In this document: positions 47,386 to 59,700 of the stretch, piece after piece
Layout: every line of letters begins with the position of its first letter
Numbering within the stretch: the first letter of the stretch is position 1
DNA from: Candidatus Poseidoniaceae archaeon
Lineage (GTDB): Archaea > Thermoplasmatota > Poseidoniia > Poseidoniales > Poseidoniaceae
NCBI GenBank assembly: GCA_016777125.1
Contig: JADHSC010000003.1
Location: 15,164-79,163, forward strand
Length of the DNA: 64,000 nucleotides
Direction of reading: 5' to 3'
The notes under the pieces: generated by a model
The model's input: only the letters and a program-made list of their open reading frames with translations
Databases searched by the model: none
Told to the model about the DNA's origin: nothing
Translations under genes and position numbers: made by a program

Positions 47386-49101
47386 ATGGCCAGTGATTTA
47401 GAGATTGCAAGGAAGGCTGAATTAGAACCGATTGAAGCGATTGCTTGGAAACTTGGTATTCCATCAAGTGATTTGATTGCCTATGGGTCGAGTATGGCTA
47501 AGATCTCTTGGGATGGGATGAAACAACGCTTTTCTTCATCCAAAGGAAACCTGATTCTTGTCACATCAGTGAACCCTACTCCGTTTGGAGAAGGCAAGAC
47601 GGTAACGACCATTGGACTCACTCAATCCCTCTGCCGAATTGGAAAGAATGCAACATGTGTTATTCGAGAACCATCCATGGGCCCTGTTTTTGGAATCAAA
47701 GGTGGAGCTGCTGGTGGAGGGAATTCACAAGTACTTCCAATGGAGGAGATTAACCTCCACTTTACAGGAGATCTCCATGCAGTGACTTCTGCACATAATC
47801 TTCTTTCATCTTTAATTGACAATCATATCAAACACGGTAATGCCTGTAAAATTGATACGAACAGAGTCTTTTGGCCAAGAGTTGTTGATCTCAACGATCG
47901 TTCTCTCCGTGATGTTGTGGTTGGCCTAGGAGGTCCTGCAAACGGGAACGTTCGCCAAGATCGGTTTGATATAACAGCCGCTTCTGAAATCATGGCTATT
48001 CTCGTTCTTGCTAAGGATTACAGTGACCTTCGACATCGTTTGGGAGAGATTGTAATCGCTCAATCCACAGAGGGACATCCAATCAAGGCTGAGCATATCG
48101 AAGCTGCTGGATCAATGGCCTTGCTCCTTCGTAATGCCTTTTTACCAAACCTTGTACAAACCTTAGAAGGAAATCCTGCATTTATCCACGGTGGACCATT
48201 TGCAAATATTGCTCATGGAAATTCATCAATTGTAGCTGATCGAATCGCGCTCTCTTGTGCAGATTACGTCGTTACAGAAGCAGGTTTTGGAAGTGATATG
48301 GGGGCTGAGAAATTCATGCACATTAAGGCTGCAACCTCTGGAAAGGCTCCAGATTGCGTTGTAATGAATGTCACAGTTCGATCTATGAAACTTCATGGAA
48401 AGGCCTTTGGAGAACGTGGAGGATACAGACCTTCGAAGGAAGAACTTGAAACTGAGAATGTAACTGCTGTTGTGGCTGGAGCAACATCGAATCTTGATCG
48501 CCACATCAAGAATATGCTTCGTTTTGGAGTTCCTGTTGTCGTTTCAATCAATCGCTTTGCAAGTGATACCGATGCTGAACTCGAAGCAATTGAAGAAGCA
48601 TCACGAGCAAGTGGTGCAAGCCGAGTCTGTCGAACAGAAGTTCACTCAAAGGGTGGAGAAGGCGGAGAGGCACTTGCGAATGCTGTGGTGGATTCCATAC
48701 ACGATCACGTTGCTGCAGGGCGGCCCTTTTTGCCCCTTGTTAGCCCTGATGATTCAATCGAAAAGAAGGTTGAAGCAATCGCAACTCGAATGTATGGAGC
48801 ATCGAATGTAAGTTTCGAAGCACCTGCACTACGTCAATTGAAGAAAATCCAAGAATGGGGATATGGTAATCTACCTGTTTGTATGGCCAAGACTCAGTAC
48901 TCTTTTTCACACGATGCTGGAATGCTTGGAGCTCCATCTGGCTTTGAATTACCAGTTCGTGAATTTAGATTAAATGCAGGAGCAGGTTTCGTAGTTGCGA
49001 TTCTTGGTTCAATAATGACCATGCCTGGATTGCCTAAGCGACCTGCTGCAAATGATATGGACATGGATGAGGATGGAAATCTCGTTGGTGTTTTCGGGTG
49101 A
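47386..49101 (+). CDS. fhs: Formate--tetrahydrofolate ligase
   Basis: PTPFGEGKT, REPSMGPVFGIKGGAAGGG, NLHFTGD, HGGPFANIAHG, TEAGFG.D.GAEKF and MTMPGLP. Confidence 0.97.
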   Translation: MASDLEIARKAELEPIEAIAWKLGIPSSDLIAYGSSMAKISWDGMKQRFSSSKGNLILVTSVNPTPFGEGKTVTTIGLTQSLCRIGKNATCVIREPSMGPVFGIKGGAAGGGNSQVLPMEEINLHFTGDLHAVTSAHNLLSSLIDNHIKHGNACKIDTNRVFWPRVVDLNDRSLRDVVVGLGGPANGNVRQDRFDITAASEIMAILVLAKDYSDLRHRLGEIVIAQSTEGHPIKAEHIEAAGSMALLLRNAFLPNLVQTLEGNPAFIHGGPFANIAHGNSSIVADRIALSCADYVVTEAGFGSDMGAEKFMHIKAATSGKAPDCVVMNVTVRSMKLHGKAFGERGGYRPSKEELETENVTAVVAGATSNLDRHIKNMLRFGVPVVVSINRFASDTDAELEAIEEASRASGASRVCRTEVHSKGGEGGEALANAVVDSIHDHVAAGRPFLPLVSPDDSIEKKVEAIATRMYGASNVSFEAPALRQLKKIQEWGYGNLPVCMAKTQYSFSHDAGMLGAPSGFELPVREFRLNAGAGFVVAILGSIMTMPGLPKRPAANDMDMDEDGNLVGVFG

Positions 49102-49107
49102 TCCTGA

Positions 49108-50172
49108 ATGCAACTGCTGAAGCAAAGCGAGCAACATTGGAAACTTCGGATGGATTCTGAAGATGACTTATGGGTACTTGCAAGATTTGCGATTTCTGGA
49201 AGAAGCCTTGCAATGCTTGGTGAACGCAGAGATACAACAACGGCAGAATCGGGAGATCGGGCTAAGGCTGCTGAGCGAAAAAAGATGTGGATTCAACTCA
49301 GGATACTCACCACCGAATACAAAACCTACTCCAATATCCTACGAGTGCATGGCACAATTGAACAAGCCCCAATAGACGTTGGTTCACATCATACACATCT
49401 TATCGAAGTGGGTGATGAAATCGAACTTCATTCACTAAGCGGATTTCCTGAATACGACAGACTCTTGCTTGAGGAAACAATGAACTCCGATAAGAAGAGT
49501 AATGTTTCGATCATCGTTGTTGAAAATGATGAAATTATCCTTTTTGAAGTTACACGACGAGGATTGCGAGAAGGTGCTACGTGGACAATGCGCGGTGGAG
49601 GAAAGCGTGGTGATATTCGAACGAGTGAATCTGTTGCTAAATCGTTCCAACAACAAGTTGCAAAGGAGATTCTCGCTGCTACTTCAACGAATAAACCTAT
49701 GATTCTATGTGGGCCTGGTCATGCGAGAGAACGATTACGTAATGTGATTCTTACTCAAGATCCACAACGTTCCATCCGGCTTGTATCAACATCTATGGCA
49801 GGTCGATCAGGAGCGAATGAAATTATTCGAGAGGGTTTAGCAGATGAACTCCTCTCGCAACATGCAATTAGTAAAGAAATAAAATTGCTGGAAGAAGTCT
49901 GGCTTCGTTTGAGCAAGAATGGAGCAGTGGCCTATGGTGAAAAGGAATTATCGAGAGCTATGAATGAAGGTGCAATCGAAACATTACTCGTTTCAGCAGA
50001 CACACTTCGAGACCCTGAAGCAATGATTGATGGGATTCCTGTTTCTTCTTGGGTTGAAGCAATTACTGACATAGGTGCTGAACTGGTTCAATGTTCATCG
50101 GACCATGACTCGGGTGAACAACTCAACAACATGGGCGGAATCATTGCATTATTGCGATATAGGATGGTGTGA
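49108..50172 (+). CDS. pelA: Pelota/Dom34 ribosome rescue factor
   Basis: EDDLW, LRVHG.I, GSHHT, GPG, AYG..E..A..GAIETLLVS and GEQL..MGGI.ALLRY. Confidence 0.9.
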   Translation: MQLLKQSEQHWKLRMDSEDDLWVLARFAISGRSLAMLGERRDTTTAESGDRAKAAERKKMWIQLRILTTEYKTYSNILRVHGTIEQAPIDVGSHHTHLIEVGDEIELHSLSGFPEYDRLLLEETMNSDKKSNVSIIVVENDEIILFEVTRRGLREGATWTMRGGGKRGDIRTSESVAKSFQQQVAKEILAATSTNKPMILCGPGHARERLRNVILTQDPQRSIRLVSTSMAGRSGANEIIREGLADELLSQHAISKEIKLLEEVWLRLSKNGAVAYGEKELSRAMNEGAIETLLVSADTLRDPEAMIDGIPVSSWVEAITDIGAELVQCSSDHDSGEQLNNMGGIIALLRYRMV

Positions 50173-50480
50173 ATGTGAAAATCCTCTACTTCTCAGAGTT
50201 AGGAACTGACCTTCGAGAAGAAATGAGTGGAGCACGTTGGTTGCTCATGTCAAGTACAGATTTGCAATCCGCAACTGGAGCGCTAATGTTTGCAGAATTG
50301 GATGGAATCCTTATCGGAGTTGACCATAGAGGAGAAGAAATAACTCCGGGTCTATGGCAGCGAGCAGTCCATTTGATGCTCGTTTCAGAACAGATCAATG
50401 CAGATGAATTCGCTAAAAAAAGTGGAATCACAAAGGTGATTGCAGACGATGTTGGTCAACTCGTAGATTACACCTGGTAA
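50169..50480 (+). CDS. Hypothetical protein
   Basis: GTG start overlapping the pelota stop (GTGA); ends immediately before tRNA-Val. Confidence 0.62.
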   Translation: MNVKILYFSELGTDLREEMSGARWLLMSSTDLQSATGALMFAELDGILIGVDHRGEEITPGLWQRAVHLMLVSEQINADEFAKKSGITKVIADDVGQLVDYTW

Positions 50481-50554
50481 TGGGTCCGGAGGGAATTGAA
50501 CCCTCGATCTTCGCCTTGTAAGGGCGACGTCATAAACCCCTAGACCACAGACCC
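50481..50554 (-). tRNA. tRNA-Val(TAC)
   Basis: Reverse complement GGGTCTGTGGTCTAGGGGTTTATGACGTCGCCCTTACAAGGCGAAGATCGAGGGTTCAATTCCCTCCGGACCCA folds as a cloverleaf; anticodon arm TCGCC-CTTACAA-GGCGA; CCA not encoded. Confidence 0.95.
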
Positions 50555-50633
50555 AGCCTTCCGTGTACAGAGATGTATTTGAAACAAGAGGTATCCAATA
50601 ACCTCAAATTAGATGCCAAACCGCGTTTAAACA

Positions 50634-51335
50634 ATGGACGAGGAAGCACAAGCTGCCGCAGCAAGGCTAGTCCGTCGACTCAAAGGCGGCTACACCGTCA
50701 CAATTGCAGAGTCCTGTACGGGTGGTTTACTCGCGAGTACACTCACTGATATTGCTGGTGCTAGTGCATGGTTTAACCAATCATGGGTCACATATTCATA
50801 CGAGGCTAAGATCAAGGAACTGAATGTTAGTCGAGAATTGCTTGAAAAGAAAGGGGCAGTTTCAGCAGAGGTCGCAATTCAAATGGCTCAAGGAGCACTT
50901 GCTCGTGCAAATGCCGATATTGCGATTTCAATAACAGGAATTGCAGGTCCAGGAAATGATGGTACCTCAAAGAAAGTTGGTTACGTCTATGTTGGTATTG
51001 CATCGAAAACGTGGGCAATCGCCGAAGCGACTCAAATCGGTGGAAACCGCCAGGAGAACAAAGAAGGGTTTGTTCACTTCGCTTTGCTTACTGCAATCAG
51101 ACATTGGGATCAAGCGATGGAATTAGCAGAAGAGAACAGATTGAAAGATCTTGAAGAACTAGAAACGAAGGCTCGTGAAAATGCTCTTGCGGAAATTGAA
51201 CGCAACAAACGGGCTGCGGCTGCTGCACAGGAAACCGCTTGGCAATCTCAAACATGGTCTGGGAAAAACCGAGACAGTGAAGGTAAGGAAATTGGAATTG
51301 ACGTCCACTGGGACGATGAATTACAAGAAGATTGA
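50634..51335 (+). CDS. pncC: CinA C-terminal family / NMN deamidase (PncC) with charged C-terminal extension
   Basis: AESCTGGL, GAS.WF..VTYS..AK, GAVS.EVA..MA.GA and SITGIAGP. Confidence 0.85.
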   Translation: MDEEAQAAAARLVRRLKGGYTVTIAESCTGGLLASTLTDIAGASAWFNQSWVTYSYEAKIKELNVSRELLEKKGAVSAEVAIQMAQGALARANADIAISITGIAGPGNDGTSKKVGYVYVGIASKTWAIAEATQIGGNRQENKEGFVHFALLTAIRHWDQAMELAEENRLKDLEELETKARENALAEIERNKRAAAAAQETAWQSQTWSGKNRDSEGKEIGIDVHWDDELQED

Positions 51336-51374
51336 ACATCAACCCTTTTGGAGGGTCGACCCCTCTACGCAAAT

Positions 51375-52955
51375 ATGTCTGCGGAGTGGGGGTCGATTTC
51401 GCAGGAATTAATGAGGAAAGGAATACTCGTTACCGCAGGTGTGAAAGAAATTTTACTTGCCCAATCGATGCCGATTGAGATTCTCAAACAGGGAGAGAAA
51501 ATTGGATTCCAGCGTGGGATGCTGACAGTATCTATTCTTGACCAGATGATTGCTGAGTTCGAGAAACTAAAACAACCAACTCCTGACAAAATGACTCAAC
51601 CTATCGGTCGGACTATTGCACCAATTAACGAACCAGAGCCCGTAAAAATTCAGTATCGGAATAATCTTCCTGACTGGAGAGAACAGGACTTTTCGGGACT
51701 AGCTACGGACGTAGACCTCGATATATTTGTTCATTATGACATCACAGGGAACAGTACAACTGAAGGGAAGATGGGAGATATACAAGCCTGTTTTAACGAT
51801 CGTCTAGACAGTATTCGAAAGATGATTGTTACAAATTCTCGATTACCAAGAAAACCTCAAGAAATTGGTCGATTGAATGTTGAATATCGCCGATATCAAG
51901 GATATGAAAACTTGGCAGTAGCAATTGGACTTGTCAATGAGCCTAGGCACACAAAGAACGGACACCTTATGTTTGGCTTGGAGGATGAAACTGGTGAAAT
52001 GAATTGTTTACTGACAATTCGGCAGGGGGATGATAGAGATCGTATGCATGAGCAGGTTGTAGAAGCTGGCCTCATGCCTGATGACGTGTTGGGCGTAAGC
52101 GGTTCGTTTTCACAAACAGGAGACATATTCTATGTCGATGATTTATTCTTCCCTATGAAAGATAAACACGACAAGGTAAGTGCTAATGTTGGAGTCAGTG
52201 TTGCATTTCTATCAGATATACACGTAGGATCAAAGACGTTTTTAGAAGCACAATGGCACAAAATGGTTCGCTGGTTTAACACAGATCCATTGGCTAAGAC
52301 AATCAAGTATCTTGTTTTGAGTGGGGACTGTGTCGACGGTGTAGGAATTTATCCAGGACAAGACAAGGAACTTGCCATACCTGATTTATTTGGCCAGTAT
52401 ACTGAATTCGCACGATTGCTCGAACTTTTACCCGATTGGGTTGAATGCATTATGCTTCCAGGCAATCACGATGCAGTCCGACCTGCAGAACCTCAACCTA
52501 CGTTCGAAAAAGACATTCAGCAGGATTACAATAAAACCACATTTGTTGGAAATCCCTGTGACTTTTCACTCCATGATGTCCGATTACTTTCTTACCATGG
52601 AAAATCAATTGACGATTTTGTTGCCGGTCTTCGAACTGTAACATATGCAGAACCGGTGGAAGCAATGCGTCAGATGTTAAGAAGACGACATTTAGCCCCT
52701 CAGTGGGGGGGTAAAACTCCATTATCACCAGAACTTGAAGATGGCCTTGTCATCAGAGAAGTGCCAGATATATTTGTCACTGGACACGTACATGGGCATG
52801 AGTGCATGGATTTCAGAGGAACAACTCTCGTTTGTTCTTCTACATGGCAGGATCAAACATCTTACCAGAAGATGCTCGGGTTCCAACCAAAACCATGTAT
52901 GTTGACGGTTATCAATTTACAATCCCATAAATCAACATCAATTCCTTTCGCTTGA
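51375..52955 (+). CDS. DNA polymerase D (II) small subunit DP1
   Basis: OB-fold LEDETG, then calcineurin-like motifs SDIHVGS, GDCVDGVGIYPGQ, PGNHD, YHG, RRHLAP and GHVH. Confidence 0.95.
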   Translation: MSAEWGSISQELMRKGILVTAGVKEILLAQSMPIEILKQGEKIGFQRGMLTVSILDQMIAEFEKLKQPTPDKMTQPIGRTIAPINEPEPVKIQYRNNLPDWREQDFSGLATDVDLDIFVHYDITGNSTTEGKMGDIQACFNDRLDSIRKMIVTNSRLPRKPQEIGRLNVEYRRYQGYENLAVAIGLVNEPRHTKNGHLMFGLEDETGEMNCLLTIRQGDDRDRMHEQVVEAGLMPDDVLGVSGSFSQTGDIFYVDDLFFPMKDKHDKVSANVGVSVAFLSDIHVGSKTFLEAQWHKMVRWFNTDPLAKTIKYLVLSGDCVDGVGIYPGQDKELAIPDLFGQYTEFARLLELLPDWVECIMLPGNHDAVRPAEPQPTFEKDIQQDYNKTTFVGNPCDFSLHDVRLLSYHGKSIDDFVAGLRTVTYAEPVEAMRQMLRRRHLAPQWGGKTPLSPELEDGLVIREVPDIFVTGHVHGHECMDFRGTTLVCSSTWQDQTSYQKMLGFQPKPCMLTVINLQSHKSTSIPFA

Positions 52956-53618
52956 AGGGAGTTCAATGTAATCTAGAATCTTCATGAGATTCTTTTCATA
53001 GATAATTGGAACATTAGATGCTTCGAAGGCTTTGATAGACGAGTCTCGACTAGGATTAAACCCAATGAAATGACTTCCATCGATCATCATGGAGAGATCC
53101 ATCTCAGAATCACCGACTGAGAGCACGTTTTTGGGTTCAAATCCATGCATTTCAATGAGTCGTTGAATGATATCACCTTTACCACTCGCATGAAGTCGGC
53201 AAATACCGTTATCACTCAAGTAATCTCCATCATCGAATTCAAACCCATTCGCAATCCAGTCATCAACTTTGAGCAAAGCTGCAATACTGCTGACAAATAT
53301 GTCAACACCTGCACTTACGATAGCAACATAGACACCACGTTCTTGCAACAGAGCCACGAGTTCTCGTGCACCAGGCATCAATGAGATGCCTGAATACATG
53401 CGAAAGATCTCATCCCTATGGATAGGGGATCGTATCTCCTTCCACATAGCAATGTCTGATCGCATGAACTCAACATCAGAGATTTCTCCAGCAATGAAGC
53501 GAGAGAGATTCTTACTGTTGTCTGTTCCAAAGCCATCATGGAGTGTTTTCCATGAACTTACCGAGTCAACCAGAACGCCATCACAATCAAAGACTACACA
53601 GAGACATTCGTCGCTCAT
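52938..53618 (-). CDS. HAD-IB family phosphatase (phosphoserine phosphatase-like)
   Basis: FDCDGVL motif I, VSAG motif II, K..VGDSEMDLSM motifs III and IV. Confidence 0.85.
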   Translation of the reverse strand: MSDECLCVVFDCDGVLVDSVSSWKTLHDGFGTDNSKNLSRFIAGEISDVEFMRSDIAMWKEIRSPIHRDEIFRMYSGISLMPGARELVALLQERGVYVAIVSAGVDIFVSSIAALLKVDDWIANGFEFDDGDYLSDNGICRLHASGKGDIIQRLIEMHGFEPKNVLSVGDSEMDLSMMIDGSHFIGFNPSRDSSIKAFEASNVPIIYEKNLMKILDYIELPSSERN

Positions 53619-53670
53619 GTACAGACCAGTGTCTGCTTGCTTGAAAGCATTCGCCTATCAGCAGAAGATC

Positions 53671-53697
53671 GGGCCAGTGGCTCGAAGCCACTGGCCC
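53671..53697 (-). terminator. Strong hairpin downstream of the giant surface/pilin gene
   Basis: GGGCCAGTGGCT-CGA-AGCCACTGGCCC is a perfect 12-bp stem about 26 nt past the stop at 53724. Confidence 0.6.
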
Positions 53698-53723
53698 ATC
53701 AACTGTCGTCTCGTTTTTCAACT

Positions 53724-56700
53724 TCAGACCTTGTTGTACTCTAGGTCGCTGTAGGTCTTGATGACCGATCCTTCACCAGGTCCTGGTTGGTATGTGATTC
53801 GGATTGTTCCATCCGTAATCGCAGTACCGTCAGGTGCATGGGTTCGAACCATAATTTGATCACCAATACCGAAGGTTGATTCCTTGTAGGTTCCTTCGTC
53901 TTCTACCTTATCGAAGAAGGTAACGAATGCATCACTGTTCGATGGACTAAATCCATACACATCACTTGTGTTAGCAAGGGATGTAGCATAGGATGTTCGT
54001 GTTCCAGTTGAATCAGTGTACAGAACTGTCACGATGACAGACTGAGTTGAAAGTTCAGCTTCAGTCTGATCAACACTGATTGCCCAGTATCCATCTGCAG
54101 CACCGAGGTTCTCATTCACTTTATCGAAGGTAACTCGAGGAGTTCCTAACTTACCAGTCTCTGCAAGAGAAGATGCCCAAACATAGATGACACCGGAGAG
54201 AACAACTGTGATTGCGACCATCAAGATGGTTGCGATAACAGGGCTCACTGCCATTTCGTCATCAACGATTCTGGTGTCTTCTTCTACGTCTTCTTCATCT
54301 CTGCGGCTTGACATAGCAAGGGCAGTAACGAAGAATCCTGCGAGAGCAACGACAACGAGGCTTGGAGCGAACGATGGAACTGATCCAAGTCCACTACCGA
54401 GCGAAACAACACTTGGTATTCGTCCAGTGTTGTTTGCTGCAAGGAAAGTGCTTGCAGGTTGGTTTGCATGGTTGCATACAGGAGCTGTTTCTGTAGAGTA
54501 CATCACGTTGTTACACCAATCGCTGTCTTCGAGGAGAGGACGGCGTTCGGATGTCTTGGTTGCATCGCTACCATATTGACCTGGCTTGGACCAATCGTCA
54601 CCTTGTTGTCCACCAGAGTTAGCTCTGTGGGATTTAGGGTCGTCGGTCTGGAAGCGGTCAGAAGGAGCCTTGCTCAAGTCACAATCATCATCCAAACATG
54701 TTAGAACATCCATCTCGACATAGATTTGTCCAGAGGAGTTAACGATGTAGACGTATTCCTGAATGACCATAGTATCTCCGTATGCAGGTACTGGATAGTA
54801 CTTGACATTCTCGGACTCACCATGACCACCATCTGTGTGGAATGTTACAGCCAACATGTGGTCGTATGTGAACGGTCCAACATCTCCACCAGCACCAATG
54901 GTTACCTCAACAGGTACGTATGTACCTGAGAGAACGTTATTGATTCCGAGGAAGTCAAAGCCGATTGCATCATCGAAGTAGTAGTCTCCAACCAATTCAC
55001 GAACGTTTTCAACACGAACACCAATTTCCTGAGTAGCAACACCTTGGGTGTAGCTGGCAATTGACATTACTGCTGGATCGTAGTTAGGTACGTAACTTGG
55101 TGCAGTAGCAGTATCCTTCAGTACAAGACGGATTTGACAGAAGTCAGAACCGCTCGGTCCGATTTGGTGGATACCGTTATCGTTCAAGTAATCAATTTCC
55201 CAAGCGTTAGCGTTGGTCGTTGCATCTGGAACCAGTTCGAAGACGAGGTTGTCGTCCTGGATGGTTGCAGTGAAGTAGTTCTGGTATGTACATTGGTCAG
55301 TTGGTTCAACAGTCCATGCCAAGTCAGCAGCGTTATGATCAACGTCATACTTGACTGCAGACAAGTCATAGGTCAAGTTCTGTACGCTTGTGTCATCTTC
55401 CATGAGGGAGATGGACCAAGGAGCAACTGGTGTAGATCCGTTAGCGGATGTTACAACAGCACCGGTAGTAACGTCCCAGTCGAGAACAACTGGAGCATCG
55501 TTAACTGGGCTGACTGAGAAGTCAACAACTACATTGTCTGCAGCTGTGTTCTCTGCACCGTCATCACTCAGAGTGAGTGTAACAGGACATGTACCACCGA
55601 GTTCGTTACCAGTGTTTTCAGTCATGGTTAGTTCGTTAGCGACAACATCGACACTGAAAGCAATACAGTCAGTAGGTACGGATGCACCCCATGTGTAGAC
55701 TTGACGGGTCGGGTCTTGCTCGTTGTCCATATCACGGACGTATGACTTGCTTGCATTGGAAATATCTCCAAGGAACTTGGAAACACTGCCGAATCCTTCA
55801 GGAACAATGTTCGTGTAAGATCCGTCATCTACGAAGACTGGCATACAATCGATACGCTCTGTGTTACAGATGACTGGCTTGTCGTTAATGTTGTTAACAG
55901 TCAACGTCATGTTCTTGGTATCAGTCAATCCGTGGCTGTCTGTTACAACAAACTCGAATTCGATTGTACCGAACTGGTCATCGAGAGGTGTGATCGATAC
56001 TGTGTGTCCGTTCTTGTTCCAGTCAACCAATACATTGCTGTGAGCAACAGTTGTTCCTTCAGTAGCGGTCCAAGTCAATGTAGCTTCATCGTCTTGTACG
56101 TCATCTGCAAGGTTTGTGAGAGACATGGTGTAAACACCGCTGTCTTCATCAACTGCATCATCTGCAAGTGTGGCTTGGATTTCAGGACATGCACGCTTGA
56201 TATCGACGGTCAATTGTTGGTTCGTTGCCATAGAGACAGCGTCAACAGTAGCCCAGTCGTAAGCACAATCTGCTTGTGTCTTAATCATGACATCGTAATC
56301 CTTAGCAGCGCCAGCAGTGGTTGAACCCTTGTAGGTTCGGTAAACCAATACTTCATCACTGATGCTTCCAGTCTCAAGATCATCGTGAGTTGTCTCGATG
56401 GAGATGTACTCAGTTAGTGTTTGAGCGCCAGTAGTTACAGTCTGGGATGGGTGAACATTTTGGATGTTCGCCGTTCCATCTTGTAGGATAGCAACGATGT
56501 TTACAGCATCAGGAGTACCGCCAAGGCGGCTGAACGGAATTGCGATTTCGAAGAAACCAGCAGTTGTTGTTCCCAAGTCTGCATCAACAGCATCTGTCGA
56601 CATTGAACTTGCTCCCCAGCCAAGGAATCCATTAGAGTATAGATCCATGTTGGTATCACTTGTTGCCCAGAACAGGTAATCTGCTTGGACAGGCAATGTG

Positions 56701-59700
56701 TGAGCTGCGTTCAAGTTGTAGCCAGTGTTTGAACCACCAGCAACGACGTCCAGGTAAATCAACAGGTCGTTGGTTGCAAGATCTTCACCGGTCATACCGA
56801 TGTAGAGTGCATCACCTTCGCTGTATGTTACAAGGAGGTCGTTTGTTCCGTCTCCAGAAACCATACCAGGCATAGCATCGTCAGATGGGTTCAGTGGTGT
56901 TCCACCAATCCAATCAGAGTCGTCACCGTCTACAGCCATGATATCTGGCTGGAAAGCAGGTGATACGTATGCTGCACGTGTTCCATCAGTTGAGAGAAGA
57001 GACATACCAACAGCAGATGCAGTACCTTGTAGGTGAGTTGCATCGAGGCTGAACAGGTTTGCTTCATCGATGGTTGCGGAAGCAACGATACTAATTGCGT
57101 TTGAATCGAGTGTGTTACCAATACTGGTTACGTATGCATTCGATCCTGCATTAATTTGCGTTGTTGAAGCAGACCATGTGAGGTTCTCGACAGATCCTAC
57201 AGATTCAACTGCGTGAAGGGCTGTTGTTGCAGTAGAGGTACCGCCGTCCCAACGGAACTCAGTATTCTCTGCGTAAACACCAACGTCTCCAGCAGCATCA
57301 AGTGGGTATATCCACGAGTAGTCACCGTCAACCATGTACAATCCAGTACCTGTTGCACCACCATCGACTGAAGCGTCGATAGCAGTTACAGTTGCATCCT
57401 CAGCATAGACACCAGCAGTTGATCCTGCAACGGATGCAGCACCTGTTAGTGTTAGCGTAGCGTCTTCGATAGAGACACCGTATGCATATCCGCTGATGTC
57501 TGTTCCAGAGAGGGTAATGTCATCTCCCGAGTTGAGAGAAGACATACCGATACTGCCAGAGACACCTGTTCCAACAATGGTTGAGTCGACATCATTGATG
57601 TCGCAGCCATCGGTGACGACTGCATTATCGCCCATGTTGATGGTGTTCAATTGGCTCTGAATAGTTACAGAGTTACAGTCGACGAAATCAAGACCAATTG
57701 CGTTAGGAGCAACACGACCAGGACTGAGTCCGATTGTGTTGTTCTCAACAACTGGTCCAGAGTATCCACCGGTACTGGTACCGTAGTAGACAGCGATGTT
57801 TGCTCCACCGTCACCCCATGTATCAGTAACCTTCAGCGTGTATGATCCAGCAACGTTGTACGATGTTAAACGGTTGTAGGCTGTGTTGGAACTGAATGAT
57901 CCTGCAGCCCATGTATCGGTTGTTCCATCTGGCTTTGTAATTTCAAGGCCGATTTCTGAACCCCAGCTATCAGATTCTAGGTCGACATACGCAGTGGAAC
58001 CAGAAGGTACCGTAAATGTGCATGAAGCAGTAGTTCTGTATGCATTGGATGCAATTGTACACAATGATGTGGAAGGTGCAGGAGGTGCTTCTGCCGAATC
58101 AATTCGGATACCACCGTCTGCGTCCAATAGAGTGTTGTTGGAAACATCACCATATCCACCGTTGATGGTGATACCAGGCTTGCTAGCATCACTTACACCG
58201 GTGATAGAGTTGCCGTCCAATAGATAACCATTTGTGTTAATCAATTGAACTGCAGTTTCTGGTCCATCGAATGTGTTGTCAGTAACTGTCAAGCGCTTGG
58301 TCGATTGATCGTATGCTCGAACACCGTATTTACCGGTGGAACTGCTGAAGGTGTTATCCTTGACAACGGCATCATCGGCATATGAGTTCGAGTAGAACCA
58401 AACATCGGCTATTTCTCCACCATCAAGGAAGGTGTTTCCTTCAATAGTAGTGTTATCTGCACCAAACTGGCTAGCACTATGAGTGTAGGAGTATCCAGAT
58501 CGTTGGAAGGAAATTCCAGCGCCACAGTCTGACAATGTACTATTAATGACGTATGAGTTATCTGAACCATAGAAGTTGATACACACGTCTGTTGATGAGA
58601 TAGCATTGTTCAGTGGTGTGTAACCCTTGTAATGCGTCATTGAAACGTTATCAATTCGCAGCCAATCAGAGACACAGTCATAGTTGTTCCAAGTGGAACA
58701 GTATCCCATACCGCTGGTAATCGACGCCACTGGGTTCAATGTTGAATTCTTAATCGAGATATCCATTGCTTGGTATAGGTAACCGATTTCAACACCGGTT
58801 TGTTGACCAGATGTTGGGTTAACTGCAAGACCATACACTTCAGATTCGTGAAGGTACAATTCAGGTGCATCAGTTCCACTTTGAGCATACCATCGTTGAG
58901 TATCACTGAACGTGTATGAACCTGTAACCAAAACCTTGGTGTTGTTCCAGTTGTGTTCTTCATTGTCATCGAAGTACATGAATGGAACGTCAACCATAAT
59001 TGTCTTACCAGACATGTCTTCAGGAGTTGCTCCGTAGTAACCATACTCCATGTAGGATCCACCATCACCGTCAGTCAAGGATCGAGAAGAACCAGTTCCG
59101 AGGTATCGTGAACCGCTGCATCCAGCAACCATAACGTATGATGAACTGCTGTATGTGTAACAGACACGTGCTTCGATACGATCGTTCAAGTCAATAGTTC
59201 CAGTGAGGCCACTCGTATCTGAAAGACTGAGTGTTTCGAAAGCATATCTGAAATCACCCTTACTGGATGTGTATTCAATCATAGCAACAGTAGCTGCCTG
59301 ATATCCCGCCAGGTTGTCGGTGGTCGTACCTGAAGAGTCAACACGAACAGTTCTGAATTGTATTCCAGAAGCATCTCCATTGGAATCGGTTGTACCTGTT
59401 CCAGTGATCTTCTTGTCAGCATTCATCAGAACAACGTTTGTTCCTTGAACACCAGACCCATCTGCTTCAATTGTCATTTCCAATTCACGCATTCGTTCGA
59501 AATCACCAGTTCCAGTAACTGATACCTTAGAAGTATCAACTGTACCTTCAATGAAGTCAACCTTGCTTGAACCTGTTACAACAACGTCGTGTGTCGTACT
59601 CGCAAAGGCCGAGTCTGTTATCGTGAACTCTTGACTTCCTGCCGTTTCGAGACCAACATCGTTTCCTGCTAGAGTAATACCGTCAAATACAACATTCTTA

